Assembly: GCA_046563655.1 (NCBI GenBank)
Contig: CM102287.1
Span: forward strand, 3,906,001-3,970,000
DNA: 64,000 bases
Source of the DNA: Yuukianura sp. NJ FZ-2021
Taxonomy: Eukaryota
Reading direction: 5' to 3'
Part shown: positions 1 to 12,419 of the stretch, one piece after another
Numbering within the stretch: position 1 is the stretch's first letter
How the letters are laid out: each line of letters opens with the position of its first letter
The notes under the pieces: generated by a model
The model's database searches: none
What the model was told of the DNA's origin: nothing
Seen by the model: only the letters and a program-made list of their open reading frames with translations
Made by a program: the position numbers and the translations under genes

Positions 1-1601
1 GCGGAGTCCTCCGGAAGCATGGAGTAATTTGGCACTGTTACACCAGCGACTGGTTGCTGACGTAACGGCGGTATGTAAGAAGTGTCGTCACTTCGCAATG
101 CCGCTGCAAGCCCAACTTGAGCCTTTGCCAGGCCGACTTGTGCCGTGACGACATCGGCGACGGCTGGTTTGGCCAAAGTTTTACCAATCGCTTGACGATT
201 TTTGCTTGGAGAGTGATGAAGAACTTGGAGCGGATGGTCGTCAGGGTCAGTCGAAGGCTTAAGTGATTTGGTCTCAAGTCGTTTGGCTTGGATTGGCACG
301 CTGTCCTTCACACTAGAGAAAGATGCCCTCGCTAGATCGTTGGAATCGACGCTGGATGACCTTTGACCTTGACCTTGACTTTGACCTTGATCTTGACTTT
401 TGGACTTTGGCTGACTTTGAGGATTCTTGTTGCTTTGCTCCGTCGGGGTAAGCGAGGGCGTTGGGCTTGAGCGACCTGCAGGTTGATCCGAATTCATGTC
501 ACGTTTTGATTCTAAGCTGGCTGACCTTTGACCTTTAGCTTGACCTTGACTGGGAACTTCAGATGATGTCGACGGCGTTCGTTTCTTTGGATCGGAAGCA
601 ATAGGAGTAGGGATTAGGGAAGGAGTTGGACTTGACCTGCCAGACGGCTGACCTGCTGCAGATCCTGCTGCAGATTGGTCAGAACCACGTTTCGAACTTT
701 TGTTTGACGATACTTTTTCACTGGTCATCGTATTATTTGTCTCTCCCGGGTCAAGAATCGACTCGGATTTGCTGTTTCGTGGACTTTGACCTCCCGTTGA
801 CCCGGATTTGCTGTTTCGTTGACTTTGACCTCCCGTTGACCCGGATTTACTGTTTCGTTGACCTTGACCTTCCGCTGAGCCGAATGCCTTCTGGGGGTCA
901 AAGGCCTCGGAATCAGCTTTGTCTTGTTCTGCCGGGTCAAGAATCGACTCAGTTTTGCTGTTTCGTTGACCTTGACCTGCTCCACCAGAAGACTTTCGTG
1001 CCTCAGAGCTGGTTGACCCGGCTCTAGATTTTGGTTGACCTTGACCTCCAAATGGAATAGAGGCTTCTGGGGCTTCAGAATTTGTTGACCCAGATCTAGA
1101 TTTTGGTTGACCTTGACTTTCTAAAACATTAGATGGTTCGAAACCTTCAGATGTCGCTGAGCCTGTTCTGTTTTTGGCTTGACCTTGACCTCCAAATGGA
1201 ATAGACGTTTCTGGACCATCAGAGCTTGTTGACCCAGCTCTAGATTTCGGTTGACCTTGACCGTCTGAAGCATTAGATGCTCCTGGAGTTTCTGACGAAG
1301 TTGACCCGCCTCTGGGTTTTCCGGGAACTTGACCTTGACCTCCCGGTGGAGTATACTCTTCTGCACCACCTTCAGACGACGTTGACCCTGTTCTGGGTTT
1401 CTCCGGAGCTTGACCTTGACCTCCTGGGGGAGTATACGTTTCTGGAGGAGCTTCAGAGCTCGTTGACCCTGTTCTGGGTTTCGCTTGATCTTGACCTCCT
1501 GGGGGAGTATAAGATTCAAGTGCCTCCGAGGACGTTGACCCGGCTCTGGCTTTCTCTTGGCCTACGCTGGGGGACCTAGTTATGCGATAGTCCTTCACCA
1601 T
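1..1601 (-). CDS. Low-complexity G/Q/S/P-rich repeat protein, >533 aa, 3' end outside the window
   Basis: ATG at 1601 (MVKDYRITRSPSVGQEK...). Manual translation finds no stop down to base 1. Repeats of the type YTPPGGQGQxxKPRxGSTSSE. Absent from the ORF track because it has no stop in the window; the listed minus ORFs 38-277, 725-1051 and 1121-1519 are in another frame. Confidence 0.7.
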   Translation of the reverse strand, partial: MVKDYRITRSPSVGQEKARAGSTSSEALESYTPPGGQDQAKPRTGSTSSEAPPETYTPPGGQGQAPEKPRTGSTSSEGGAEEYTPPGGQGQVPGKPRGGSTSSETPGASNASDGQGQPKSRAGSTSSDGPETSIPFGGQGQAKNRTGSATSEGFEPSNVLESQGQPKSRSGSTNSEAPEASIPFGGQGQPKSRAGSTSSEARKSSGGAGQGQRNSKTESILDPAEQDKADSEAFDPQKAFGSAEGQGQRNSKSGSTGGQSQRNSKSGSTGGQSPRNSKSESILDPGETNNTMTSEKVSSNKSSKRGSDQSAAGSAAGQPSGRSSPTPSLIPTPIASDPKKRTPSTSSEVPSQGQAKGQRSASLESKRDMNSDQPAGRSSPTPSLTPTEQSNKNPQSQPKSKSQDQGQSQGQGQRSSSVDSNDLARASFSSVKDSVPIQAKRLETKSLKPSTDPDDHPLQVLHHSPSKNRQAIGKTLAKPAVADVVTAQVGLAKAQVGLAAALRSDDTSYIPPLRQQPVAGVTVPNYSMLPEDS

Positions 1602-2034
1602 CCTCAACTACACTCAATTTCTCACTTCTTTTCAAATTTTGAATTTAGAAAGTCTTCAAAATTTTATAAATTCTTGTAGAATATTTACAGAACTTCCTCA
1701 AATTAGTTTAATTTTGTCGCAAATAATCAATCATTTGTCGTGTCCTTGAGCAACTAACTCATAAACTGGTTTTTCGACATTTTTCGAAAAAGAAAATCAA
1801 GAAATTGATTTTTTTTTTGAAAAAATCAAATTTTTGATTTTTTTTTTTAAAAAAGGTTTCCGTCATGTCCATAAGAAAGTGTTCTCAAAGCGTCCTATTT
1901 TTGGCGGAAGAAGAAATTCCGCGGGAAAGTTCGTCGGAAAATTTAAATTTTCCAAAACAAAAAAGTGACAACAAATAAGTTTTGACAGCTGTTTTCTTAC
2001 AGTGAGTAACTTCAATTAGTAATTGATTAACGAT

Positions 2035-5000
2035 ATGTCAACAATGGATACAGACTTTCAGAACGAAAAGTTCAACGTCAACAATTGGTTAAACAGTCGC
2101 TTGTCGCTGGCGACATCAGGAGCCCCTAATGCAGATTTGGACAATACAGCGCTACTTGTAATTAAATTACTTGAATTACTTGATAGTTGTTTCTGGAGTG
2201 TTTCGACCTTTGACCTTTGAATAATTTGTTTTTCTTTTATTTAAAACGATTGACAGGAGTTCATTCTAGGGCTCTCGGATGAACTAAGCCTGGAAATCGA
2301 CAACACAAATGCCGAAATTGAATCAGTTACACAACAGGTACATTGCATTGAAAAAACGTTTTCTTGTCGTTTTAATTTTCAGATTGTTTCAATTTGTTTA
2401 GATTATCCAATCGATGCCTCAAGTTCGGGAGAATATTGAAGCCACAAGTGTTGAAATTGTTCATCTCCAAAAGGAACTGTCTGCAGGGCTCGCAGATGCC
2501 GAAGTGGTATAAATCATATATCGAAGCAAAACGTTTTTGAGCATTTTGGCAATCGTAAGGACGTGTTTTTGTGATTTTTCAGGTTCAGAGCAAAACTTCA
2601 GGTCCTATGAAAACTTTAGAAAAGCTGGACAGCGTCAAGACGAAGTTGGTTGCGACTTCAGTTGCTCTTCAAGAAGCTGACAAATGGACTTCACTTGCAA
2701 AGCAAATTGAGCAGGTAAATCTAAGCTAAATTGATCCAAATTCGAAAATGGTATGTGAGAATTTTCAGAATTATTATGTCGTTTTGCAATGTTAGTTCTT
2801 GGATACTGGTGATGTTGACAAGTCCTACGAGTGTATTCTGGGAATGGAAAAGACTCTGTTGGCACTCAATCAAACACAAGCTGAGGAACGGAAACTGATT
2901 CTCGAGGAATTTAAAAATCAACTCGAAGCTCTTGCTACCAAGCATCTCATTCTTGCTTTTGATACGAACAACACTGGTATTTATTAGAAAAATTAGAAAA
3001 ATTTCAAAATTCACTGGTAGAAAAAAACATCTTTCACTTTTCAAAAATTCAAACTATTCAATTACGAACTAACTTTTTTTAGACAATGCACACTACTTCT
3101 TCACAATGTTTACCAATATGGAACGGACGAAACAATTTGTCAAGTATTTTCAAAACTCAGAGAAAATCAAACTGTGTCAAGAATGGAGAAAAGTTATTGA
3201 AATCATGGTGTTCAAGGAAGCATCAACTAAATTTTATGATATGCTGATTGATCACTGGCATTCCAAGGTAAGGCTAAGCAAAGTAATCGATTAATTATGT
3301 AATCACGATTACTCTTCATCTTAGGTGCAATGGTGCAAGTTAATTTTTGCAGATGATGTAGACTTGAACCCATCAAACGTTTTACTGGATTTGTACACCG
3401 ATACGATGCGTTCACTCGAACCTTCACTCCAATTTTGTTTTGAAGCTGAAACCAAAAAAGTTCCATTTCTGGAACTCTTGATTCAGTTCAACCAAGCCAC
3501 ACATCGCTTCGTCGCAAGCGTTCGTCAGCTGATTGAATCCCAGCGTAAGTTTCACGAGTTTAGCAGCGATATTTTACTTATGAAATGGGAATTAATTGAT
3601 GCTGTTTTTTTTTCAGCGATCAAGGCCGATAAAATCAAAATCAACGCTTTCATGAAGTCTCTCTTCGAACCATTTCTTACGCAGTACTCCAAGTATTCCA
3701 AATTCCACGAATCAGCGATTACGTCCAAAATCCAAGCAGCGAATGCCAGTTTGGCAGCATCTGGAAGCGCTACAGGAGGAAGAACTGGCGCTGCAGCGTT
3801 ACAAGCCAAGATTGACGCTTCCAAACAGTTGCTGACTGAAATCATTTTACATGTCAAGGAAAGTGAAGAGAAAGTGACGCTGTTCAATCACGGTTTTGGA
3901 TACTTGCATTTTGGACAAGGACTTAATGTAAGTTTACATGAAACTTACATAACTTTTACTTTACATAAAACTTACATAAATTCTAAAATCTTTGATTTTA
4001 GAACGGACTGGAACGATTTGTGGACTGGAATCAAGACATTTTCAAACACCTTGAAAAATGTATCGACAATCCCGGAAATCATCGGAATTTGGTTGAAACG
4101 ACTCTTGCATTTGCAGAAACTTGCGGTACGGAACAATTTTCTTGACTTTTTAGCTGTTTTTTTGATTTGAACTTTTGGTTTTTGAAAACTAGGAGCAACT
4201 TTGTTTCAACTTATCAAGTTGGATCAACTTCTGAGTGGAAACTGTGGACGTGTTTTTGGAAAAATGACTTCATCTCTGGACAATTCAAATCCATGGGAGG
4301 ATTTGTGGGGATTCTATTTAGATGGAACCGTTCGCTCTCAAATTCTGCAATTTGTTCAAAAAAAGGAGACTTTGCTGGGAAAAGTTGTCAACTACGGGAA
4401 AAAACTTTGTTGTGATTCCAAAAACCTTGTGTCCCGTGTCACAGTGGAACCAGTAGAAAATCAACTTGTGAAAAATTTTGCACTGCAAGACACAACTCTC
4501 CAGAGTCCAATTCCTAGTGAGTACATTACACAAATCGGAGAGTATTTGATGCTCCTCCCACAAAATCTGGAACCGTTCATTGCTCCTGAAAATTCATCAA
4601 TTGTCTACGCCTTTGACCAAACACCTTCAGAAGAGTAAGGTTTCCAAAATTTTGAAAAAATTCTACCAATTTTGAAATTTGTTTGTGAAAATTTGAATTT
4701 GGAAAACTTTTGTTGTGGTTTTTAGTTCCGTCAGAGCTCCAGTGGACCTAATCCTGTCCAATCTTTCAACGAGTATCTCAGAAGCCTATACACAACGCAT
4801 CCTCAAATGTAGTCACCTCACCAGTGGTCAAGCAAAACAACTGGCCCAGGACATTGGTAATTTAAAAACTTGTTCTAAAATTTTGAAAATGAAAAAAGTT
4901 TGTTGAGTTAACACTGTTGGTTGTTTTAGACTATCTATCCAGCGTTTTCGAAGACCTGGGACTCCACTTGTCTCAAGATTTAACTTTTATTGGAAAACTG

Positions 5001-5093
5001 ACAAAGAACTTTAACAATTTAACAGATTCCAACGTAACCGCTGGAATTCCGCAACGATTAGTATCCGCCATACGGAAAATGAAGCCAATTTAA
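2035..5093 (+). CDS. COG7: Conserved oligomeric Golgi complex subunit 7 (multi-exon)
   Basis: Spliced GT-AG exons give F.NEKFNVNNWLN, ALQEADKWTSL, FKNQLEALA..LILAF, PSEYITQIGEYLMLLPQNLEPF and AKQLAQDIDYLSSVFEDLGL, matching recalled COG7 motifs. Stop TAA at 5091-5093. Confidence 0.9.
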
Positions 5094-5192
5094 TAGATTA
5101 CTACCAGTTGAATTGTACATGCGTTCCGTTTTAGACTAACCTTACTTTCTAATATGGTGAGAAAATTCTCTTGCGATTAAATGCATCGTGTG

Positions 5193-5692
5193 TCATGAAT
5201 GGCGAGTTCTGTTTGTTAGTTCTTTGAATTCGCCTCCAAGTTGTTTCGCTATCTCTTTGAATTCGCCTCCAAGTTGTTTCGCAACAGATTCAAAGTTTGG
5301 AAGCACGGTGACTTTTAGTGACTGTATTTTGCCTTCTGCGTTTTCTAAACAAAAGTATCAAAAAAATCGGTTTTTAATTGAATACGAAGAAGTACTGATT
5401 GGTTATCAGGCCTTGGAGAGGAGACTAAATATTTTTGACAAGCCAGTTGCTTACCTACGGCCACAGTAACAAGAGAATGTTCTTGAGTGGTTGAGGGGAT
5501 GATACGATCTTCTTTTGGTTGATTTACGACAGACTCCTCCGTTGTTCCCTGGCCAATCACGTCCGGCATTCCAGGACCATCCGAAATTCCGTATTGGACA
5601 GAAGGTGTTGGCGGTTCCACATTAGGTCGTAGTTCTGACACTTTGGCGAATGCCAGAAGCAGTAGCACTTTGGAAATAGAGGTGGTCTTCAT
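5193..5692 (-). CDS. Small putative secreted protein with tandem 11-aa repeat (2 exons)
   Basis: Exon 1 MKTTSISKVLLLLAFAKVSE... (signal-peptide-like), donor GTAAGC near 5454 and acceptor near 5345. Exon 2 ENAEGKIQSLKVTVLPNFESVAKQLGGEFKEIAKQLGGEFKELTNRTRHS*, TGA at 5195-5193. Confidence 0.65.
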
Positions 5693-6169
5693 TTAAAAAA
5701 AAATTATGATAAAGAGCAATTCTGAAATGTCGCTGGCAAGAATGATGTTTCAAACCGACTGTTGTTAACCTAACTTCATCGTTCCCTGATTTTTTTTTCA
5801 GTACAAAAATTCAATATCGTTTTTGAACGAAAGTTTCTTAAAAATATTCTTCGTAGAATTTTTTTTAAATAGAATAATCCTAAGCCCACTTCTTTTGTTC
5901 TAAAAAAAAACACGGTTTCTTCGTTTTTTTTTTTTTGAAAAATTAAAAACGGTCCTTCTTTTGAAAACTAAACAATGAACTGAAGTAATCAAACGAAAAC
6001 TTATGAAGATGGATTTTTTGTAATTTTAATCGTAGTTTGTAATTAAGCAACAGTTGTAAGTTAATTTGTTAACAGGGAAAGTACATACTGGGACTAGTTA
6101 GTTATAAATAAGAAGCATCGTGTCTAAATTCCTCTTTTAATAATTAAATTATTAGAAATTAATACTAAA

Positions 6170-9100
6170 TTATTTATTAGCATAAACTAATGCCAAACTG
6201 ACAAAGAGTGTGGACGACCATGTAAGCATCGTGAATTGGCCACGCCCACTCCCCCCACTGGAACTGTTTTCTCTGGCCAATGACTCTTGTGACACTTTCG
6301 GAACGTCGTACTGCGCATGGGCTGTTTGCGTCTGCTTGGCATTCGTTGCCAGGCGCGGTGTGTAGGAAGAGTCAAGAATCGCTGACGGTGGTGGTCGATC
6401 GCTGGAACTGCTGGAGGAATTTGACGCTGCAACTTGCAGAATCGCTGCCGTGTGGATTTCGTAGTCGTAGTTCATGTCAGATGTGTCACGCCGTCGTCTT
6501 CTTCCAAATCCTGTCTGGCCAGTGATGCACTGAATCTGGAATTTTCAGGAAAAAATGGAAGTTTACCAATGTACAACTACAGTGGACTTAAGTACCCTTA
6601 AGGGGCCCTTACCCCTTGACATGCGTTGAGACAGACGTTGATGGTTCCCCGGAAAAGGACATAGTTTGTATCAGGAAATTTGAAGGCCTTGAATCTGGCA
6701 GTCAAAACGTCACCGTTTGTCGTCACAAAGTTTTCAAACAGGAACGAATCCACTGAACAACTGAAACCGTCAAAACAAGGTCAATTTTTAGGGTCAACTT
6801 CGGGTTAAGGGTCAAAGGTCAATTTTGTAGAAAACTCAACTTTGAGGTCAATGGACAGTTTCACGATCAATTTTAGGCTAAATATGCCCAACCTTGATGT
6901 CAATGGTCAATATGGGTTAACTTTTGGGTTAACGGCTCTGTTTTGGGTTAAATTGTGTGGTTTGGGGTTAATCCTGGTCATACCCGTTGTGGAAGAGAAC
7001 TTCACTTTTAGTCCCTGTGTCAGTGACATCCAGTTGTGACAGGAGGATGCCGTAGATGTCCTTGCTGACAGGGTCAAGGGTCACTTCAAGGGTTAATGGA
7101 GCCCCGGGTTCCACAATTAACCTTGGCCCTATTCTCTGCCCATCCTTCTTCACAACCATTGTTAACATAGGCTCTGGTGCTTTCCCAATTTGCTCCGTAA
7201 TGGGAATCAGGTTCCTAAAACACAAAGAAAAACGCATTTTTTTTGCAAAACCGCATGAAAGCAAAATCTTCAGTTTCCTTTTCATTATTAATTTGCCAGT
7301 TTCTGAAACAATGGAATTGAAGGGTGCGAATTTAAAAAAGAATAGAAAACAATAGAACTGTGTGAGAATGGGAATGAATTGCACAAAACAATGGAATTGC
7401 ATTGCAAAAAAAGTTTTTTTGAAAAGTAGGCAAAAAATTTAGAACAGTTTTATTATGTGTGAAAATCGCAAATTTTTCAGTCCTAATTTCGACACCCAAA
7501 AAAATCCGGATTTCTCACTTCTCCGTTTTCGATCGCTGTTACAATTTTTGCAAAAATTACGAAAGAAGCGAAAAATTCAAATGTTTTGAATTTTGAAAGT
7601 TTAAAAAGACAAAATTTCAAAATTTTCATGGTTACTTACGGATCTTCCTTGAACCCAGCAGGCAAAACGTCTCGCTTGACCCTTGACCCGTTGACCTTGA
7701 CATTTGAAAGTTGATTTGTATCCAGTAGAGCTGCATATTGATTCCCACGTTGACACTTGACCAAAACTTGTTCCTCCACTCCTCCCGCCAGTTCAAGTAC
7801 AATTCGATTGTAAAAAGTACGAGTTCCCTGGTAAATAATTCAAAAAACTCAAAAATTGTCAAATTTCAGGTTTTTGTTAAAATTATTGTTCACTTGTCAT
7901 CGCTTTTTCATTGTTTTTTTTACAATTTGGCATTTTTGACAAGTTTACCACCTCTGCGCGTCTCCCGAGTCAAATCAAGTTGAGAGACAAGCAGCTTCCT
8001 TCTTAAGTGACAGAATTCCCACCAATTAAAAAAACGTCTGTTTTGCAACAATTCGAAAATTGCGGTAATACGGAACTTGAATTTCTAGCGGAATTTGCAA
8101 AATTTGCAAAAATTGGGCAAAGTTGAAACATCTTTTTGCGAATCTCGCGAAGTTTTGTGATAAGAACGAAGATTTTTGTGGAAAAAAAAAGTGACAAATT
8201 CGTGAAAAAATGCGGAAGAAAGCTGTTTTTTGTTGGTTTTTTGACAGGACAAAAGCGAAAGGTAGACGTGTGACCTTTGACCTCTGTCACAACGTGCACA
8301 ACAAATGAAGAATTGTTCACAAAACATAAAAACTTGTGCACTGTGCTGGTTTTTATGCACAAATTTAGTAGTCATTGTGACTGACATGGGTAACAATTAG
8401 AGTCGGATTGAAGCGGACAAATTGGCATTAGGGCTAACTTTCACGGTTGACGCATAATGGAGGCGGGAAGTTTTTCACGCAACGTTAGCCTAACTTTTAC
8501 GTTAAAAGTTACGTTATGCTTTTAGTTTAAACTCACCGTTAATTTGTTGCGTATCTGGGTGGTACCGCACCGGTAATACTCTGAGAACGAAAAACGGAAC
8601 CGCAGAGATGAACCATCAGACTCCGCTTGACAAGATCCGTCTGCAGTTAACATCAAAATGTATTTTAATTAGATTTTAATTATTTTAATTACTCAATTAA
8701 TTATTTTATACTATATTTTATATTAAGTGTCACCTGGATACTCCTTGAGTCCCTGGACATGCGCTGCGACCAAATTTTTCGATGTACCGTCAATGTCAAC
8801 TTGCATTTCGTCTATTCCGCATGTCACTGTGGTAGTAACTGCAAACAAAATTGCGAAAATTTAAACCCTAAAGGAATTTGCAAATTTTGTAAATTTGCAA
8901 ATTTTCTAAGAATTTTCAAAGAATTTTGTTTGCAAATTTTAGTATCCTGGAAATTCTCATGCAGGGCTGCATACGTTGTGTGAAATTTCGCAATTTTTGA
9001 AGCCTTTTTTTTGCAAACTGAAAATCGGGCGTGGCTGTTTGAAATTGGCACGATTTTTGATTTGCGAATCTTCGAAAAATGCAGTTTCGAAAAAAACGCC

Positions 9101-10877
9101 TTGAAATCATGCATTTTTTTGGCTGTTAAATTTTTCCACGGTCTAATCAGGCATTCAGGGCCACTACCGCCTCTTTTGTGCCTAATTTTGGATTTACTGC
9201 TCTCCCTACCTCTACATCACCATTTGCAATTTTTTGCACTGTGCAAAAATTATTTGCAAATTTGCAAACTCCTGAACCTTGCCCTCTCCCCCTCTCCGTG
9301 CATCCTGCTTGTCAAGTGCTCAAACAATTCTTAATTTGTTTGATTTAGTCATTCAAGCTTAAAACTGCTGCGCCTGCGCGTGGGCTTTCGTTTTGGACAT
9401 CTTCCTACACAAATCGTGTCAAACTTGCAAAAATTCCTTGCAATATGAAATGTTTTTTTGCAAGTCAAGAACCCTTAACCTTTTCAGCTTTTGGCCGGGA
9501 GGCGTCTTTGCCAAAATTCAACCAAAATCCGCTAGTTTCAAAATTGGCAATAATCCATTTTAAACCCAAAAACCAAAAAAGGCGTAACTTCAAAAACTTA
9601 AAGTTTAGAGGTCACGGGAGAGTGAGTCAGAGACTTTTTAACATTGTTAAGGTTTAGAATGCTAAGATTAACAATTGTTAGGTTGTATGGAGATGTGTTA
9701 TGGTTCTAAGCAGTAAGGCGGAAGAAGATGAATTCTTGACGATACGCTTCAAATCCTCTGACTGAGAAATTAAGAATTAAATGTTGATCCTCAACTTTTC
9801 ATCTTCCTCATTAAACTTTGCAAAAAAAGAGAGTGGGCAGATTTGCGAATTTTTGGTACATTTCAATTTTATCACCAGGAAATGGATGAAAAAGTTACAC
9901 TCATTTGAGCAAAAGGTGAGTTTTAACTTTGTTACACTTTGTATAATTGGTTCCAATCGTAACTTTTCAGAAAAAAAGAAGATGCAAAAGTTGAAATTTT
10001 GTTCATTCAAAAATTTAGTTACTCCCTCTGAAAATAGTTACTCCCTTTGCTCGTGGGAACAGAAAGAACGGGACGTTGGTTCGTTTATCATGCAAAACTG
10101 GATTTTGATTTTAAACGGAAAAAGAAAAAAAAGTTTTTGTGTAAACACTTCAAGAAAAGACGAAGCAATTTATCAATTTTTCACTCTAAATTCTCAAAAT
10201 GATCCACTATTACTTACGTTTCAGTTAATTAACAAAACGTTATACAAACAACTTAGTATACACAACAAAAACATATACAGTGTTGTTCAGCGAAAAGTAG
10301 ACACCAACAAACTCAAAAGTTTGTTTATTTTCAAAATTCTGGGGGGCTATGAGTACCAAATTCAAAAAAATTCCCTGTGCAATATAAATTCGTTTAAATG
10401 TATTTCGTGTGTTGGCCTCAATTTCCCCCCAGAAATCTCAAATTTCACAAAAATTGCCATGGAAACAATTTTGGGGTGTCTACTTTTCGCTGAACAACAC
10501 GGTACTAACAACTTAGTATACACAGCAAAACCATAAACAAACAAAATGAGCTACAGATGTGACCAACGCAACTTTATACAAATTTTTACGTGTTGCATGA
10601 AACAAATTTCATTTCAACCGACGTTTTACAGAAATTTTTTTCACAAATGTCGAAGCAATTTTTTTTTATTTGATTTTCGGATAAGATTTGTGCAAAAATC
10701 TTGCAAAATTTTTTTTCAATGTTTTTGAAACTTACTGTTTGAAGGTGAAATGAGAGTTTGATCTGCCTGTGCTGCTTGAGATGAGCAGTTGAAGATGAGA
10801 AAAACCAAAAGTAGAGCACGAAAAAGTTGACCTGTGACCTGCCCCATTGTGCAGATATGACCTTCGACTTTGTGCAT
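6170..10877 (-). CDS. Zona pellucida (ZP) domain protein, secreted or membrane-anchored (about 7 exons)
   Basis: Signal-peptide exon near 10735-10877 (ATG at 10877 or 10847; LFRALLLVFLIFNCSSQAAQA). Further exons encode VTCGIDEMQVDI, YYRCGTT, FYNRIVLE..VLVKC, IYGILLSQLDVTD..LFHNGC, ARFKAFKFPDTNYVLFRGTINVCLNAC, a basic furin-like site (GFGRRRRD) and a hydrophobic C-terminus. Confidence 0.85.
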
Positions 10878-12419
10878 TGTTGGAACCACGTGACCTTTGA
10901 CCTGATGCACTTCTGTACTCGTAGTTTTATGTTACTAGGTTACCATCACCACCCTAACCTTCCTAAAAAGCACTTTGGAGATGATGTTTCTATTTTTGAA
11001 AGATCCCAATCACTTTGAAGTTTGAAGTGTTGGATGTTCGTAATTGTTTAGACACGAAAAGGCACTTGAGTCAATCAACACCTCCCCAAAGTGACAGTTG
11101 ATCTGTGGAAAGCAGTTGTGCAACTCTGCAACTCCAAACACAGTCTGACCAACCTGCAACTTAAGTCTCAGCACCAGTCCAAGTCATTGTTGTTCCATTG
11201 TTGCCCCCTTCTAACCCACCTACGACCTCCGCCCAGCAGAGTAGCACCTAAAAAACAGATTCACTTAACTATGACTCATCATTTCAATTTAGAATATGCT
11301 ATTTATAATAATATAACTAAATAATATAATATAGTTAATATAATATAGTTAATATAATATTAATATTACCTTTAAAAAGTTTTAGCATTTTCTGTGCCAG
11401 CTTTAACGCTATTCATAATTTTCTGTGTCATTTTGATATTCCACTTAAGAATTTTCAGAAGTTTTCTTGAACCACTGGTGTTTAAGTTTGGCAAATGATT
11501 TTGATGTTAATATTTCAATATTATATGGTATAAATAAATATATTATTATTAATATATTTATATTAAGATGTTTATTACTTTGTTACTAAGTGTTTGTAAG
11601 TTTGAGCGGAAGAGGAATGTTATGTTTGGATTTTAATCAGAAGGAATTAAGGAAAGTACCGGTGAAGTAGGAAAGCGAATCATCAGATTACCAAACCAAC
11701 TCACTCACACAGGAACCGTTAACTCACAAAAGCATACAAGCAATACTCTAGTTTCAAAAGACAAATAAATGTATAAATAAATGAATAATATAAATATAAT
11801 AACATATTTAGGCATAAAACCGGTTGATCTTTCAACAAAATCACTACTCAGACTTTGAGGAATTCTGATGCACGTATACCAAAGACAAAATTCAAGAAGT
11901 GAAACTGAGGAATTTAAAAAAATTTATAGTTAATGTTTTTAAAATTTTAATTTATTTACTTGTTACGACATTTTTTTGAATTTTGAAAGTGAAGATTCAG
12001 CTTTTCATTGTTGCAAATCCCCATTGTTGTGGGCCTCCCGTAGCTTCTTCCTTAAACCTCTTCAATTCCTCATAAATTTCAGCAATTACTTCAACAATTT
12101 AAAAAATTCTTGACACATTCACTTTTCATAACTAAAAATTCAAGTTTTTGGAAACACCACAACATTACAGCTCAAAAGACATTTTTCCATGCATTTTTGG
12201 AAGATTTTTTTAATAAAATTTTGAATTTTCAAATAAAATTATGAAACGATTTGATATTGTATTGTTACTGTAAACGATGCTGAGTTGTTGAAATTTCCAT
12301 TTTGGAGTTACAATGGATCCATAAATGGTTTTGTGACAATGAAACCTGTGAAGTGGTGACCTCGAGTCCTTATTGTTTGTTTAGTCAAGTACTAATTGAT
12401 GACCAAGTTTAGGCAGAAA

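Noticed and set aside
626..1579. Listed EVKV-repeat ORFs and plus-strand ORFs
   Set aside because: Shadow frames of the continuous minus-strand ORF starting at 1601.
9781..10536. 251-aa plus-strand ORF in a ZP intron
   Set aside because: AT-rich F/K/N/I composition, no recognisable domain and no splice support.
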